64,000 nt of DNA from Chiloscyllium plagiosum. Its lineage: Eukaryota. Shown piece by piece: positions 46,440-59,695 of the stretch; positions within the stretch are counted from its first letter, which is position 1; the number at the start of each line of letters is the position of its first letter. The stretch covers positions 6,653,068-6,717,067 of the forward strand of contig NC_057718.1 in the NCBI RefSeq assembly GCF_004010195.1, read 5' to 3'. A program made the position numbers and the translations under genes. The notes below the pieces were generated by a model. That model was not told where the DNA came from. It was given only the letters and a program-made list of their open reading frames with translations, and made no database searches.

Positions 46440-46758
46440 GGTACAGTGGTACAGTGGCTCAGTGGTTAGCACTGCTGCCTCATAGTGCCAGGGACCTGGG
46501 TTCAATTCCAGCCTTAGGGGACTGGCTGTGTAAAGTTTGCACATTTTCTTCATGCCTGCTCTGGTTTCTTCCCACAATCCAAAGATGTGCAGGTTAGGTG
46601 CATTGGTCGTGCTAAATTGCCCCATAGTGTCCAGGGGTGTGCAGGCTAGGGCGATTAACAATGGAGAAATAAAGGATTACAGAGTTTGAGTGGAATGAAT
46701 TTTGGTGGGTCAGTGTGGGCCGAATGGCCTGCTTCCACATTGTAGGGATTCAATGATT
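46440..46758 (+). mobile_element. HE1-type SINE
   Basis: gtggctcagtggttagcactgctgcctca...gggttcaattcc...tccaaagatgtgcaggttagg. Confidence 0.9.
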
Positions 46759-47119
46759 TTAATTTCAGAATAACCACCTACCATATAAAAGTCCTGTCCT
46801 TTCTTAATCTGCCATACCCAACTCGCTCAAGTGCTCTGTACAGCATCAATACCAGATGCCTACAGTTGGAGTTACTGACCATTGTGTTTGCAAAAGCATT
46901 TTAAAGAGATTAACAGCCTTTTTACAATGAAGTGCTGTAACCGAATCAGGTGTACCAGATGGAGTCTGATTAAAACTTAACAAAAGAACGAAATCTCATT
47001 TTGACTTGTACTCTATTCACCAACAGTTGCTTTTAATTCATGCTGCTTGTTATGGAGGGGGTTGGTTAACATGGACCACTGGTCTGCAACACTGGCACCA
47101 TCTCCCAGCTTTTCCTCCG

Positions 47120-47363
47120 TTACTTTTTCACACAGAGGGTGGTGCGTGTGTGGAATGAGCTGCCAGAGGATGTGGTGGAGGCTGGTACAATTGCAACATT
47201 TAAGAGGCATTTGGATAGGTATATGAATAGGAAGGATTTGGAGGGATATGGGCCGGGTGCTGGCAGGTGGGACTAGATTGGGTTGGGATATCTGATCAGC
47301 ATGGACGGGTTGGAACCGAAGAGTCTGTTTCCATGTACATCTCTATGACTCTATGACTCTATG
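47120..47363 (+). mobile_element. CR1-clade LINE 3' end
   Basis: cacagagggtggtgcgtgtgtggaatgagctgccagagg...(ctatgact)n tail. Confidence 0.9.
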
Positions 47364-48690
47364 ACATCGATGACTATATCAGCACCACCTCATGCTCCCA
47401 TGAGAAGGTTGAACAGTTCATCAACTTCACCAACACCTTCTACCCTGACCTCAAATTCACCTGGACCATCTCGGACACCTCCCTCCCCTTCCTAGACCTC
47501 TCCGTCGCTGGCGATCGACTCAACACGGACATCTACTTCAAACCTACCGACTTCCACAGCTACCTGGACTACACATCCTCCCACCCCTCCACCTGTAAAA
47601 ATGCTATCCCTTACTCCCATTTCCTCCACCTCCGCCGTATCTGCTCCCAGGCGGAGCAATTTCACACCAGACTATCCCGGATGGTCTCCTATTTCAAGGA
47701 CCTCAATTTCCTCTTCTACATGGTCCATAATGCCCTCCAGCACATTTCCTCCATTTCTTGAACCTCTGCCCTTGAACCCCACACCTCCAACTGCAACACG
47801 GATAGAACCCCCAGTCCTCACCTTCCACCCCACCAATCTCCGGATACAATGTATTATCCTCCGCCATTTCCACCACCTACAGTCAGACTCCACCAGCAGA
47901 GATATATTTCCCTCCCCACCCCATTACCACCTTGCCACCGCAAAAGGTGTAAAACCTGCACCCACACCTCCCCCCTCACCTCTATCCAAGGCCCCATCGG
48001 ATCCTTCCACATCCAGCAGAGATTTTCCTGAAAATCCAAACACCTCATCGACTGTTCATTGCTTTCGATGTAGTCTGACTTACACTGGGGAGACAGGACG
48101 CCAATTTGCGAAACATTTCAGGGAACATCTCTGGGACACACGCACCAAATAACCTTACCGCACTGTGGCCAACCACTTCAACTCCCCCTTCCATTCCACT
48201 AAGGACATGCAAGTCCTCGACCTCTTCCACCACCAAATCCAAGCCACCTGACACTGGGAAGAAGAACGCCTCATCTTCCGCATTGGGACCTTCCAACTAC
48301 ACAGCATCAGTTTCACCAGTTTTCTCATCTCCCATTCCCCCTACCTCCATCCCAGTTCCAACCCTCCAACTTGGCACCGCCCTCTTGATCAGACTTACCT
48401 ATCCATCTTCCTTCCCACCTATCCACTCCACCTTCTACTCTGACCTATCATCATCACTCCCCACCTACGTCTATCTATCGCCTTCCCCGCTACCTTACCT
48501 CCAGCCCCATCCCAGCCTCCTATTTATCTCCCAGCCCTCTTTCCCCCCAGCCCCCACATTCTCGATGAAGTGCATATGCCCAAAACATTGACTCTCCTGC
48601 TCCTCCGATGTTGCCTGACCTGCTGTGTTTTTCCAGCACCATACTTTTTGACTCTGACTCTCCAGCATCTACAGTCCTCACTTTCTCCTA
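47364..48690 (+). mobile_element. 5'-truncated Penelope-like element, family A-related
   Basis: Starts at atcgatgac (IDD), includes thumb motifs, PCHRKRCKTC, FRCSLTYTGETGRQFAKHFREHL and a terminal repeat with tail ctccagcatctacagtcctcactttctcc. Confidence 0.92.
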
Positions 48691-48789
48691 ATAATAAATC
48701 AAGCCAAATTAAATTAAATTTGAATTCAAGTTTCAACTCTTCCACCTCAGATCATACATAACATGTGTAATAAATCACTTGGAACGAAA

Positions 48790-50010
48790 AGGTAGGTGAT
48801 CTGATTAGTAAATTTGCAGACAACACAGAAATTGTCAGAGTTGTGGATAGTGAGGTGGGTTGTCAAAGGATACAGCAGGATGTAGATCAGCTGGGAAGTT
48901 GGGCAGAGAAACGGCAGATGGAATTTGATGCGAGCAAGTATGAAGTGATGCATTTTGGGAGGTCAAATGCACGATGAACATATACTGTAAACAACCCTTA
49001 AGAACATCGATCTCTCAAGTGATCTTTGGATAAAGTTCATAGCTCCCTGAAAGTGACAACACAAGTGGGTAAGGTGGTAATGAAGGCATCCAGCATCCTT
49101 ACAGTCATCGGTCAGGATGTTGAGTCTCAAAGTTGGCCAGTCATGTTGCAGCAGAATAAAACTTTAGCTGAGCCACATTTGGAGTGTTGCATGCAGTTTT
49201 GATTACCACATTATAGGAAGAATGTGGAGGTTTTAGACAGGGTGAGAAAGAGGTTTACCAGGCTGCTGCCTGGATTGGATGAGCTATTAGGAGAGAGCAG
49301 ACAAACTTGGATTGTTTTTGCTACTGCGTTAGAGAATCATAGAATCCCGAATGTGCAGAAAGAGGCCATTCGGCCCGTTGAGTATGCAATGACACTCCAA
49401 CGAGCTTCCCACCCCGACCCAAACCCCTCCGTTTACCCTTGCTTTTACACCTAGCCGATATTTCTGGATACTGTCGGACAATTTGGCATGGCCAATTCAC
49501 CTAATCTGCACAGCTTTGCACTGCGGGAGGAAACCTGGAGGAAACCCACTCAGACACAGGGTAAATGTGCAAATTCCATACAGTCACCCAAGGCTGCAAA
49601 TAACTCCGGGCCCGTGGCACAATATTAGTAAACACTGAGCCACCGTGCCACCCAAAGGCTGAGGGGTGGCCTGATGGAAGTCTATAAAATTATGAGAGGC
49701 ACGAATAGGCTCGTTAGTCGGAGTCTGTGGAATTTTCAAACACTATGGGGCATAGGTTTAAGATGAGGGGGGAAAGTTTGAAGGAGATGTGCGAGGCAAA
49801 TTTTTTACACAGAGGTGCCTGGAATGCGCTGACAGAGGAAGTGGTAAGTGCAGAGACAATAGCAATGTTTAAGAGGCTTTTAGACAGATATGCACACGCG
49901 GGGAAGGGAAGGATTCACTCCATGTGAAGGTAGGTGGTATTAGTTTTGAATGGTATCATGGTCAGCACAGACAAGGGGGGTCGAAGGCCTTTTCCTGTGC
50001 TGTACTGTAC
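48790..50010 (+). mobile_element. Degenerate CR1-clade LINE 3' portion, split by a SINE
   Basis: agtaaatttgcagacaacac (SKFAD), gcagatggaattt, tgaggggtggcctgatggaagtc and 3' UTR. Confidence 0.87.
49330..49653 (-). mobile_element. HE1-type SINE
   Basis: catagaatcc...ggccattcggccc...gcatggccaattcacctaatctgcaca...cactgagccaccgtgccaccc. Confidence 0.85.
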
Positions 50011-50769
50011 TGAAGAGAAATCATTAAGTAAGCTAAGCCTGAAATGATAACAGACTGATCTTTACAAGTACCTTTTATCTGTACCTCATTTAGTCTTTGT
50101 GTTTATTTTTGGCTGAACATTTTCTCATTCCTATCTGAATAAATAGTAGCTGCAGTTTTGCTACATGCTAACTTTCATTTTGTTTAAGAATAAAACTTTG
50201 ACATTTCATTCAATTTACGACATTTGTAAAACATGCCTGCTGTGGTCAAGATACTGTTCAGATGTCATCCCTTCTGTTAAATCTTTTAAAATATCACAAT
50301 AATGATGCCATTTAACCAATTTTATCTCATCCATTCAGAACTTTCCCATCAAACAATCCAACTGTTCCTTAAATAATGCCAATATTTTACTATTTTTTTG
50401 TGGCTGATCTGGTTGTAATCTCAGTTATATTTACTTGTGTGTCCTTTATAACTCTCAAGCCATTTGTCTATGAACAATCTGTCCAACTCAGCTTTGGATA
50501 TTTTTGATATACAGTCTCCACTGGCATCTGGGAGAGAGAATCCAACAATTTAGTGACCCTCCCTGTCCCATTTGAAGAGTTAAATCTTAAACTACATTTT
50601 CACCACATTCAGTGGATATCCAGTTCCCTCACGTTTGAGCAATTTTACCACAGCATGTTTCCCTAAACAGCAAGGGGAAAATGATCAAAACTTGTTTGTA
50701 GTAATTTGGATCAAAGGATAGATATCATTATTTTAATTGATTCATGGGATTTGATAATGACTGGCATGA

Positions 50770-52182
50770 AGCTGAGGTGGAGATGATCAATAGCATTAAG
50801 TTCCTGGGAGTGATGATTATCAATAATCTGTCCTGGTCTAGAGGGACCAGCATTAAACCCAAAGGGTTTCAAGAGATATGGGCCAAGTGCTGGCAAATGG
50901 GACTCAAATAATTTCGGTATCTAGTCAGCATGGATGAGTTGGACTGAAGGGTCTGTTTCTGTGCTGTATGACTTGATGACTCTTTGATGGCACAGTGGTC
51001 AAGAAAGCATAACAACATCTGTTTCTTCAGGAGTCGAAGGAAATTCAGCATGCCCACAAGGACTTGTACCAATTCTTATGGATAGAAAACAATCTATTTG
51101 GATGAAGCTGCTCTTCCTGAAACTACAGAGAGTCATGAACAGAGCCCAGTCCATCATGCAAACCAGCCTTCCATCCATTGACTCCATCTGTATTTCTCAC
51201 TGCCTCGGGAAGGCAGCCAACATCATCAAAGACCCCTCCCACCCCGGTTATACTCTCTTCCATTGGGCAGAAGATACAAAAGTTTGAAAACATGTACAAT
51301 TAGTAAGTAACTGGCCTTCACCAGTCAGGGCATTGAGTATAGAAGTTGGAAAGTTATGTTGCAGTTGTACAGGACGTTGGTGAGGCTGCACTTGGAGGAT
51401 TGTGTTCAGTTTTGGTCACCTTGCTACAGGAAGGATGTTATCAAACAGGAAAGAGTGCAGAATAAATTTACAAGGGTGTTGCCAGGACTCAAGCTAATGA
51501 GTTATAGGGAAAGGTTGGACAAGTTAGGATTTTCTTTTCTTTAGAATGTAGGTAACTGAGGGGGGGACCTTATAGAAGTGCATAAGATCTTGAGAGGCAT
51601 GGATAGGGTGAATGCACTCAGTCTTTTTCCCAGTGATAGGGAATTGAGGACTAGAGGGCATCAGTTTAAGGTTAGAGGGGAAAGAATAAAAGGGAACCTG
51701 AGAGGCAACTTTTTTACATAGAGGGTGGTACGCATGTAGAATGAGCTGCCAGCAGAAGTGGTTGGGGTGAGTATTTTAACGACATTGAAAAGACATTTGG
51801 ACAAATACATGAATAGAAAAGGATTAGAAGGATATGGGGCAAAGTGCGCGGAAGTGAGATTAACGTGAATGGACATTTTGGTCAGCATGGACTGATTTGG
51901 GTCGAAGGGCCTGCCTCCGTGCTGTAGGCCTCTCTGACTCTCTATGAAATAGGCCTCTATGAACAGCTTCTTCCCTGTAGTTATTAGACTTCTGAATGGA
52001 TCTCTCAAATTTTAAATTGAATGTTGATCTCACTCTCTGTGCATCTTCTCTACAGCCACAATATTGTATTCCTTACTCTGTTCTATTGCACTTTGCGTGG
52101 TATGATCTGCCTGTACTGCACACAAAACAAAACTTTTCACTGTCCCTAAGTACATGTGACAACAATAAATCAAATCAAATTA
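50770..52182 (+). mobile_element. Rex1/Babar-type LINE 3' portion interrupted by two CR1 pieces
   Basis: aagttcctgggagtgatgat...; KLQRVMNRAQSIMQTSLPSIDSI...IIKDPSHPG; tail catgtgacaacaataaa(tcaaa)n. CR1 inserts at ~50860-50982 and 51310-51945. Confidence 0.8.
51310..51945 (+). mobile_element. CR1-clade LINE 3' end
   Basis: MLQLYRTLVRLHLEDCVQFWSPCYRKDVIKQERVQNKFTRVLPGL. Confidence 0.92.
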
Positions 52183-52214
52183 AGTTAAGGGTAAAGTTTA
52201 TTGTCCATCCCTCA

Positions 52215-52520
52215 ACTCGTCCTTTGTGAGTGGTGTAGTCTCAGTTTTTCACACATGAATGACTTGCTCATTTATTTCAGAAGGCAGTTAAGAGGAAAAT
52301 CACATAATTGTTCAGGCCAGATTGGGAAGGATGGCAAGGTACCTCCCATGAATGGCTTTAGTGAACCAGATAGGTTTTTACAGCAATCTGGTGTTTTCGT
52401 TATTGTGACAAGTGCTTTATTACAGAATTATTAGTTGAAGTCATATTTCCCTTGTTGTGAATATGGGATTTGAACTGATTTCTTCAGGACATTCACCTAG
52501 GCTCCAGTGAAATTACCTTA
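52215..52520 (-). mobile_element. SINE family S2, degenerate
   Basis: ggcagttaagag...caggccag...tagtgaaccagat...gggatttgaac is the reverse of the S2 body. Confidence 0.55.
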
Positions 52521-52898
52521 CTGCTACTGCCTCCTGTTGGTCAAACCACTGGACAAACTTGAATCAAGGTAATCTGAACGTAGAGAGAGCTGGAGAAAGT
52601 CGATAGGTCTGGCAGCATCTGTGAAGAGGGAAACCAAAGAAACATCTTGAATTTGGTATGACACTTCTTCAGAACTAGAAGGTGTGTGTGCACAGGACAG
52701 AGTCACTGGCTCTTTTTCAAACCACACACATGACATCTTTGACATCTAACAGAGAAGGGAAAGCATCCAAAGGCTGGAGGGGGAAACACTGAACTCCCCC
52801 AGTATTGCAATGTGCAGTCGAGGGATTTTGTGCTTAAAACTCCAGGGTGAGACATAAACCAGGATCCTTCTGAGGCAAGGGTATTGGGGTGACCATTG

Positions 52899-52927
52899 AC
52901 ACACACACACACACACACACACACACC
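52899..52927. repeat. (CA)n microsatellite
   Basis: Direct reading. Confidence 0.95.
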
Positions 52928-53341
52928 AACAACAACAAATGGTATTGTTACTGCACAGCAACAAAAGAAATGAGCCAAGAACAACCACTAAAAGTCAAAG
53001 AACAGGCCCTTAGTGCCTGGAAACAATTTGATGATACTGCAATGGAAAGGGCTGGCATCTGTTTAAGTGTTTGCTTTGTTTATTTAGCTTTTCTCTTTGG
53101 TATACAAACTCCACGTCATGGTGCATCTCAGAAGCTCACAGTGACAAGCCAGAAACTCTATTTTGTCGAGATAACAGCGAGATAATAGTTCTTTAGACTA
53201 ATGTTGTCTATTGGGAATGGTGGCTATATTTGCTCCTGAACAACATTGGACGCTAAATGTAGTAAAGGTACCATAGTCCTAGCAGACCATAGAGGTGCTC
53301 TGTAATTAGAGAAAAGTGGCTCTTGGTGGTTTAACCTAATG

Positions 53342-54662
53342 TGTGGCTAATGTGGTGCCATTATTTAAGCAAAATGGCAAAGAAAAGGCAGGGAACTATA
53401 AACTGGTGAGCCTGACATCGCTGGTGGGTAGGCTGTTTGAGGGGATTCTGAAGGACAGGATTTACATAAATTTGGAAAGGCAAGGACTGACTAAGGATAG
53501 TCAAGATGGCTTTGTGCGTGGGAAACCCCGTGTCTCACTAACTTGATTGAGTTTTTTGAAGAAATGACAATGAGGACTGATGAAGGCAGAATGGGTGGAT
53601 GTTGTCTGCATGGACTTCATCAAAGCATTCGACAAGCTTCTACATGGTAGACCAGTTAAATCACATGGGTTCCAAGGGAGCGAGCCAACTGGATATAAAA
53701 TTGGTCTGAAGGTAAGGGACAGAGGAGAGTTGTTTTTCAACTGGAGACCTGTGACCAGTTGTGCCACAAGGATTGGTACTGGGCCCTCTGCTTTTCATCA
53801 TTTATGTAAATGATTTGGATATGAATATAGAAGACACAGTTAGTAAGGTTGTCAGGTGAGTCAATGGGTCAAGAAATGGCAGATAGTTTAATTTAGATAA
53901 ATGTGAGGTGTGGATTTTGGTAATTCTAATCAGAGCAAGACTTGTATAGTTAATGGGGAGTTTTGCCAAAGCAGTGGATAGTTCCTTGAAAGCAGAGTCA
54001 CAGTAGACAGGCTGGTGAGAAAAGTCTTTCATACGCTTGCCTTCATTGGTCAGTGCATGAGTATAGGAGTTGGGAGGTCCTGTTGCAGCTGAACAGGAAA
54101 TTGGTGAGGCCATTTTTGGAATACTGTGTCAAGTCTGGTCTCCTTGCTACAGGAAGGATGTTGTTAAACTTGAAAGGGTTCAGAAAAGATTTATAAGGAT
54201 GTTGCCAGGGTTGGAGGATTTGAGCTATAGGGACAGGCTGAACAGGCTGGGGCATTTTTCCCTGGAGCGTCGGAGGCTGAGGGGCGATCTTATAGAGGTT
54301 TAAAAAATCATATGGGGCATGGATAGGATAAATAGACAAGGTCTTTTCCCTGAGGTGGGAGAGTCCAGAACTAGAGAGCATAGGTTTAGGGTGAGGGGAA
54401 AAGATTTAAAAGGGATGTAAGGGGCAGCATTTTAATGCAGGGGGTGGTGTGTGTATGGAATGAGCTGCTAGAGGAAGTGATGGAGGCTGGGACAGTAACA
54501 ACATTTAAAAGACGTCTGGATGTGCATATGAATAGGAAACGTTTAGAAGGATATAGGAAAAATGCTGGTGAATGGGACTAGATTAATTTCGGATATCTGG
54601 TCGGTATGAACGAATCAGACCCAAGGGTCTGTTTCCGTGCTGCATGACTCTATGACTCTATA
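53342..54662 (+). mobile_element. CR1-clade LINE, RT to 3' end, degenerate
   Basis: VANVVPLFKQNGKEKAGNYKLVSLTSLVGRLFEGIL, VDVVCMDFIKAFDK, FSLERRRLRGDLIEV and tail atgactctatgactcta. Confidence 0.93.
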
Positions 54663-56448
54663 ACTGAAGCAGCAGTACACAAAGATCTTCGTTATTATTG
54701 AACATCCAGTCACAATATGAGTCCTTTGGATGACATTGACCCACTGTTTAAAAATAAAGAGAATTCTTCGTCTTCAAGCAATATTTCAGCCAAGCCACTT
54801 CAAATAGTGCAATTACAATTCACAAACCACACATTATTCAAAGACCAAATTAACAGTTTCTGGTTTCTTTCACATGCAAGGTACCAGCAGGCGTGTTATT
54901 TAGCTGTCTTGTCAGGAATTAAAGTGACACGGGACCTACTTGCTGGGAATCCATCTGCAGCAAGGACTTTGCAGGCTTTCATGTCTTTTTAATATTATTT
55001 TCCCTCACAGCATGTAATCAGGCCTTTATCACTTCTCAGAATTATACCAGGTTTCTCGTCTTAGCAATCTGCTGGTCTGTGCCAGTGATTGTAGTGCAAA
55101 ACAACTTGTTCAGTCATTTCAAGAAGTAAAATTATTGGTTTTCTCCAGCCCTCATGTTAAAAAGAATAATGGATAAGGCAAGCGAGCATTGACTCAGCTC
55201 AATGCCCTTGAATAAATCCTGTAAGCATTCTCTCTGATCGCACTCAGCACTATCTATTGCTGGGTTCTATTTTGCATCGGAACCCAGTTATCGCAAATCA
55301 CCTGCTCCAATTATCAGTTACAAAAATTTCAAAGAGTGTAGACTCTCTAAATTCCCATGCTTTATTGTTGTTGGTCTTTAAGTTCAGTGGGAGCAACACT
55401 GACTCTGAATCACAAGGAGTAGCACTCCAAACAATGGAGACCTGGAGTTACCTCTGGCATTTCTAGACTGACATCAAGTGGGAAACTCACATCAGGAAAA
55501 TGAAAGTCTCAACTCCTCTTGCTAAGTGAATACTACATCACGCACGCACACCAAACCAACACTCCTTGCATGCACACGCATACACCACCACCAGCCCCTC
55601 CCCTCTGCTATGTGGGCCAAACTACATTCACGGATTTCTGTCGAGCTTGCTATGTTGTGGAAGATGAATGGTGTAGTTGGGTGTATCCATGTCCTGAGCC
55701 TGGGGCCCATGCCAGATCCAGGAGAGTTTGTGATTCATATTAGAGTCAAATAGGTTGAGTATCATGTCAAAACATGTCAACGACAAGGGAGTCAGAGTTA
55801 GAGAGGTCCGTGGTAGTTATCGATGGAAGGAAGGTTGAAGCCTCTACTGTCACTATCCATTGCTGTAAACTGTACTATGAATGTTACCATAGCAACCCAG
55901 ACCTCCTGACTCCTTGCGACACAATGAGTTGAAATGTTGACTCCTGGTTTCCGAAGCCAATGCCGTGCCGAGTTCCACGCAGAAAGTAATAAAATTGGAT
56001 GGAATGTTGTTCATAGCCAGCTTCAAATCTGAGCTTTCCTGGGAATCAGATGCACCTTATATTCAACAGGCTTGCACACAAACCCCTGGGTGATGCACTC
56101 TGCTGCAACATTGAGGCAGTGAAATATGCCACCTCCCAGGTGAGACACTGAAACAAGGTCTACTTTCCTCATTCGGTGATATTTCAGTGTTACATCTTTA
56201 ACAGGAGGAGTGTGTTCCTTACCAGCCCCCATTCCTACATGAATCATACCCAACAGAGAAATGCCTTGCTTAATCAATGAAATGGTCATTATTTTGCTCT
56301 TAATTACTATTAACTGGAACTAAAGCGGGTTTCTGAACAAACTCAAAAATACCTTGTTAGAAACAGACTTATGTTTTAAAGACATGGTCAAACTGGGTAC
56401 CAACTGAGACATTGTGCAACGGGTAAAAAGTTTCATACAAGGAGTCAC

Positions 56449-56720
56449 CTAGAAGCATGGTGTTCCAACCGGAACTCTACCAACAAACACATTGACGTGG
56501 ATCCCATTTACCACCCCCCCTGAGAAAAAGAATAGGAAATTACATCACCATAGGAAAAGATGGTACCAGAGGAAATGACATCACCAACCCGAGGAAACTC
56601 AAACATATAAATAGAAAGCAGGCTATACCACCAGTGCTTCATTCAGAGGCTCACTGAAGATGTTACCTCGTATGGTGATGAAAACGAACCTTCCAGCTCA
56701 GCGAGCAAACCTACTTCCAG
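56449..56720 (+). mobile_element. PLE family D 3' end (Poseidon-like, tentative)
   Basis: LEAWCSNRNSTNKHIDVDPIYHP resembles a GIY-YIG C-terminus; followed by CTGAAGA-tgttacc-tcgtat-ggtgat-GAAA at 56654-56683. Confidence 0.6.
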
Positions 56721-56859
56721 AAGGAGTCACGCTTTGTGACCTAGGGTTTGACCAAATCTTCTGTTCCCCAGTTCTCATAATACATAAAGTTATATGCCAT
56801 TGGAACATCAGATTCCTACGGTGCCATTTAATACCCAGGGCGAATGTTCTGGGGAATCA

Positions 56860-56954
56860 CAACCAGAAATTGCTGGTAAAACTCATCATGTCTGGCAGCA
56901 TCTGTAGAGAGAAAGCGAAGTGAATATTTTGAGTCCAGTGACCCTTCTTCAGAA
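56860..56954 (-). mobile_element. PLE family B terminal repeat arm
   Basis: Minus strand ctgaagaagggtcactggactcaaaat; related arms at ~20125, ~25060, ~30085, ~52585 and ~62890. Confidence 0.7.
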
Positions 56955-56959
56955 GTAAT

Positions 56960-57262
56960 GATCGAGGGACCTGGGTTCGAATTCTACCATGACAGATGGT
57001 GGAATTTGAATTCAATAAAACTCTGGAAATAGAAACTCAATGATGACCATGAAACCATTGTTAGGAAAAAAAAAATCCTATTTGGCTCATTGACATCTGT
57101 TAGGGATCAAAACCGCTGTCCTTACCTGGTCTGGGCCTACATGTGACTTCAGAGCCTCAGTAAGGGTGGATAACACTTAGCTATCTTCTGGGCCTTTCGG
57201 AATGGGTAGTAAATGCTGGTCTGGTGAGCAATGCCCACATCCTGTAAATGAATAAAAACAAA
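56960..57262 (+). mobile_element. SINE family S2
   Basis: gggttcgaattc B box, gatggtggaatttgaattcaataaaa, cttacctggtctgg and tail aatgaataaaaa. Confidence 0.78.
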
Positions 57263-58011
57263 ATCAGAAAATGATTGCCAATGTTTACCCCTAGATTGTG
57301 ACTGAACAAAAGATTATCTGGTCAATCTCATACTGTGGGCACTGAAACGTCAGACATTGAATGTTCTTCATTGGCTGGAACTCATTCTGGATGGTGTTTG
57401 AGGTGTTACAAACATTTTCACATTGTCTTTCTTTCTTTTAGTCAGCCTGCTCTTCTCCAAAGGATGATACAACAACAGCAACATCTGGGTCAGAGCAAGT
57501 CATCACATAATTGGACCAGATGCACCTTCTGATGTTTGGCTGCAGTCACTGCTCTCTACATGTGTCCCACTTCCTTGCCTGAAGCTACTGCTGTGTTCCC
57601 AGGGCCACACACGGTAAGTTGTCATTCTCCCACAGCTGCTGGATAATGGATGGAAACTGAGTGGTTACCAGAAACCCATCCTTGGGACATCTGGATGTTT
57701 GCTGCATGTGACACATAACATTCTTTGAATGGTAACTCACCCATGCCTCGTTCCGTGAAGGATGCAATGGAAAATGTCCTTTAATGTTTATTATTCCCTT
57801 TGGAATATTAGACGATGATGTTGGCAGCAGACTGCAGCTCCCGTAACACCACGCAGAGGTTTGGAAATATACAAAATGATGTGCAGTCCACTCCTTGCAA
57901 CTATTTTTATCAGTCCAAATGATGTGAGAGTTGATGGCATTTGTTAATTCCTCTTGGTGGTGGATAGTCTGCATCTTGAACTGCTGTAATCCATCTGGTA
58001 TCAGGAGTAAT

Positions 58012-58230
58012 TAAAACAGAAGAAACTCTCAGCAGGATCTGTCAATATCTCTAGAGAGAGAAACAGAGTTAACATCACAAATCTGAAATGAATCTTCAGG
58101 AGTCTCTTCAAGAATCATATCGGACTTGAAACATTATTCTGTTTCCTTCTGCTGCCCGACCTGCTGAGTTTCTCCAGCAATTTCTGCATTGATTTCTGAT
58201 TTCCAATATCCACAGTATTTTGCTTTTATT
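58012..58230 (+). mobile_element. PLE family B fold-back mini-element, degenerate
   Basis: agaaactctcagcagg...gaaacagag / ttctgtttc...cctgctgagtttctccagcaatttct, then a right-side tail. Confidence 0.62.
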
Positions 58231-58587
58231 TGAGTGGTATTGTTGCAATTTAGTATAATTCAGTGGGGTCACATGCAGAATTCCTTCACAAAATGTTTTT
58301 TTTTTAATCAATTGACAATGATTATCAATCTCGAATGTAAAAAAAAACATCTGAGTCACGAATGCCATTTCAGGAAGGAAATCTACTGTTCTTATCTGGT
58401 CTGGCCTACATGTGACTCCAGACCCCCAGCAGTGCTGGTGCCTCTTAATGCCCTCTGAAATGACGGGAAGTCAATCAGTGCACAATGGGATGGGGGAGGA
58501 AGGAGGATGTGGAATTAGAAGTGATCAATAAATGCCGTTCCTGCCTGAAACAGTGATAGTGGAATCATTGATTAATTTCTATCAATT

Positions 58588-58862
58588 GAGATTAGATTAG
58601 ATTCTCTACAGTGTGGAAACAAGCCATTCGGCCCACCAAGTCCACACCGACCCTCCGAAGAAGAAACCACCCAGACCCATTCCCCTACACCTAACCTGCA
58701 CATCTTTGGACTGTGGGAGGAAACCGGAGCACCCGGAGGAAACCCGCACTGACACGGGGAGAACGTGCAAACTCCACACAGACAGTTGCCCAAGGCGGGA
58801 ATTGAACCCGGGTCCCTGGTGCTGTGAGGCAGCAGTGCTAACTACTGAGCCACTGTGCCACC
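58588..58862 (-). mobile_element. HE1-type SINE
   Basis: Full-length match to 680-967 with (gatta)n tail. Confidence 0.92.
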
Positions 58863-58921
58863 CCACTGAGTCAAACAGAGCAGGAGGATAACACCCAGTG
58901 GGGGACAGTTTTGGGAATACG

Positions 58922-58954
<33 letters not shown>

Positions 58955-58955
<1 letters not shown>

Positions 58956-59249
58956 ATGACAATAACTGGCAACTTATCCTGGACCTCCCACATAGATGCG
59001 TTGGTCAACAAGGCACAACAACGCCTCTTCTTCTTCATGAGGCTCAGGTAATTTGGCACATCCATAAGGACCCTCACTGACTTCTACAGATGTACCATTG
59101 AAAGCATACTGTCTGGGTGCATAATGGCCTGGTATGGCAACTGCTCTGCCCAGGACCGTAAGGAACTAAAGAAGGTGATGTGCACAGCCCAGACCATCAT
59201 AGACTCCATTTACACGGCTCACTGCCACAGAAAGACTGCCAACATCATC
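58955..59249 (+). mobile_element. Rex1/Babar-type LINE fragment
   Basis: KAQQRLFF...DFYRCTIESILSGCIMAWYGNCSAQDRKELKKV. Confidence 0.87.
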
Positions 59250-59250
59250 T

Positions 59251-59472
59251 TGGGGCAGCACGGTGGCTCAGTGGTTAGCACTGTTGTCTCACAGCGCCAG
59301 GGACACGGGTTCAATTCCAGCCTTCTCCCCGTGTCTGCGTGGGTTTCCTCCGGGTGCTCCAGTTTCCTCCCACAGTCCAAAGATGTGCAGGTTAGGAGAA
59401 TTGGTCATGCGAAATTGCCCATAGAGTTAGGTGCATTAGTCAGAGGAAATGGGTCTGGGTGGGTTACTCTTC
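59251..59472 (+). mobile_element. HE1-type SINE, partial
   Basis: ggggcagcacggtggctcagtggttagcact...gggttcaattcc. Confidence 0.9.
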
Positions 59473-59695
59473 AACATTTTTCAACATGAGAATAAAGTAG
59501 TCAATCAATCAGATCACTTACTCCCATGATGTGAGTTGAAGGATAAAGTTTAGCAAGGAGAGCTTCCCTTCCCTTCTTCGATAAAAATGGCGTAGGATGT
59601 TTTACATCTCTCTGGGAGGACAGGCACGAGCTCAGTTAAAAACCTAACCCAGAAGATGGAAAAAAACAGCAATTCACCCCCTTCTCACAATAGTT

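Noticed and set aside
55760..55779. p53-like site tatcatgtca-aaacatgtca
   Set aside because: Several mismatches to RRRCWWGYYY; expected by chance in 64 kb.
57585..57974. 129-aa minus-strand ORF
   Set aside because: No recognisable motif and no supporting neighbouring exons.
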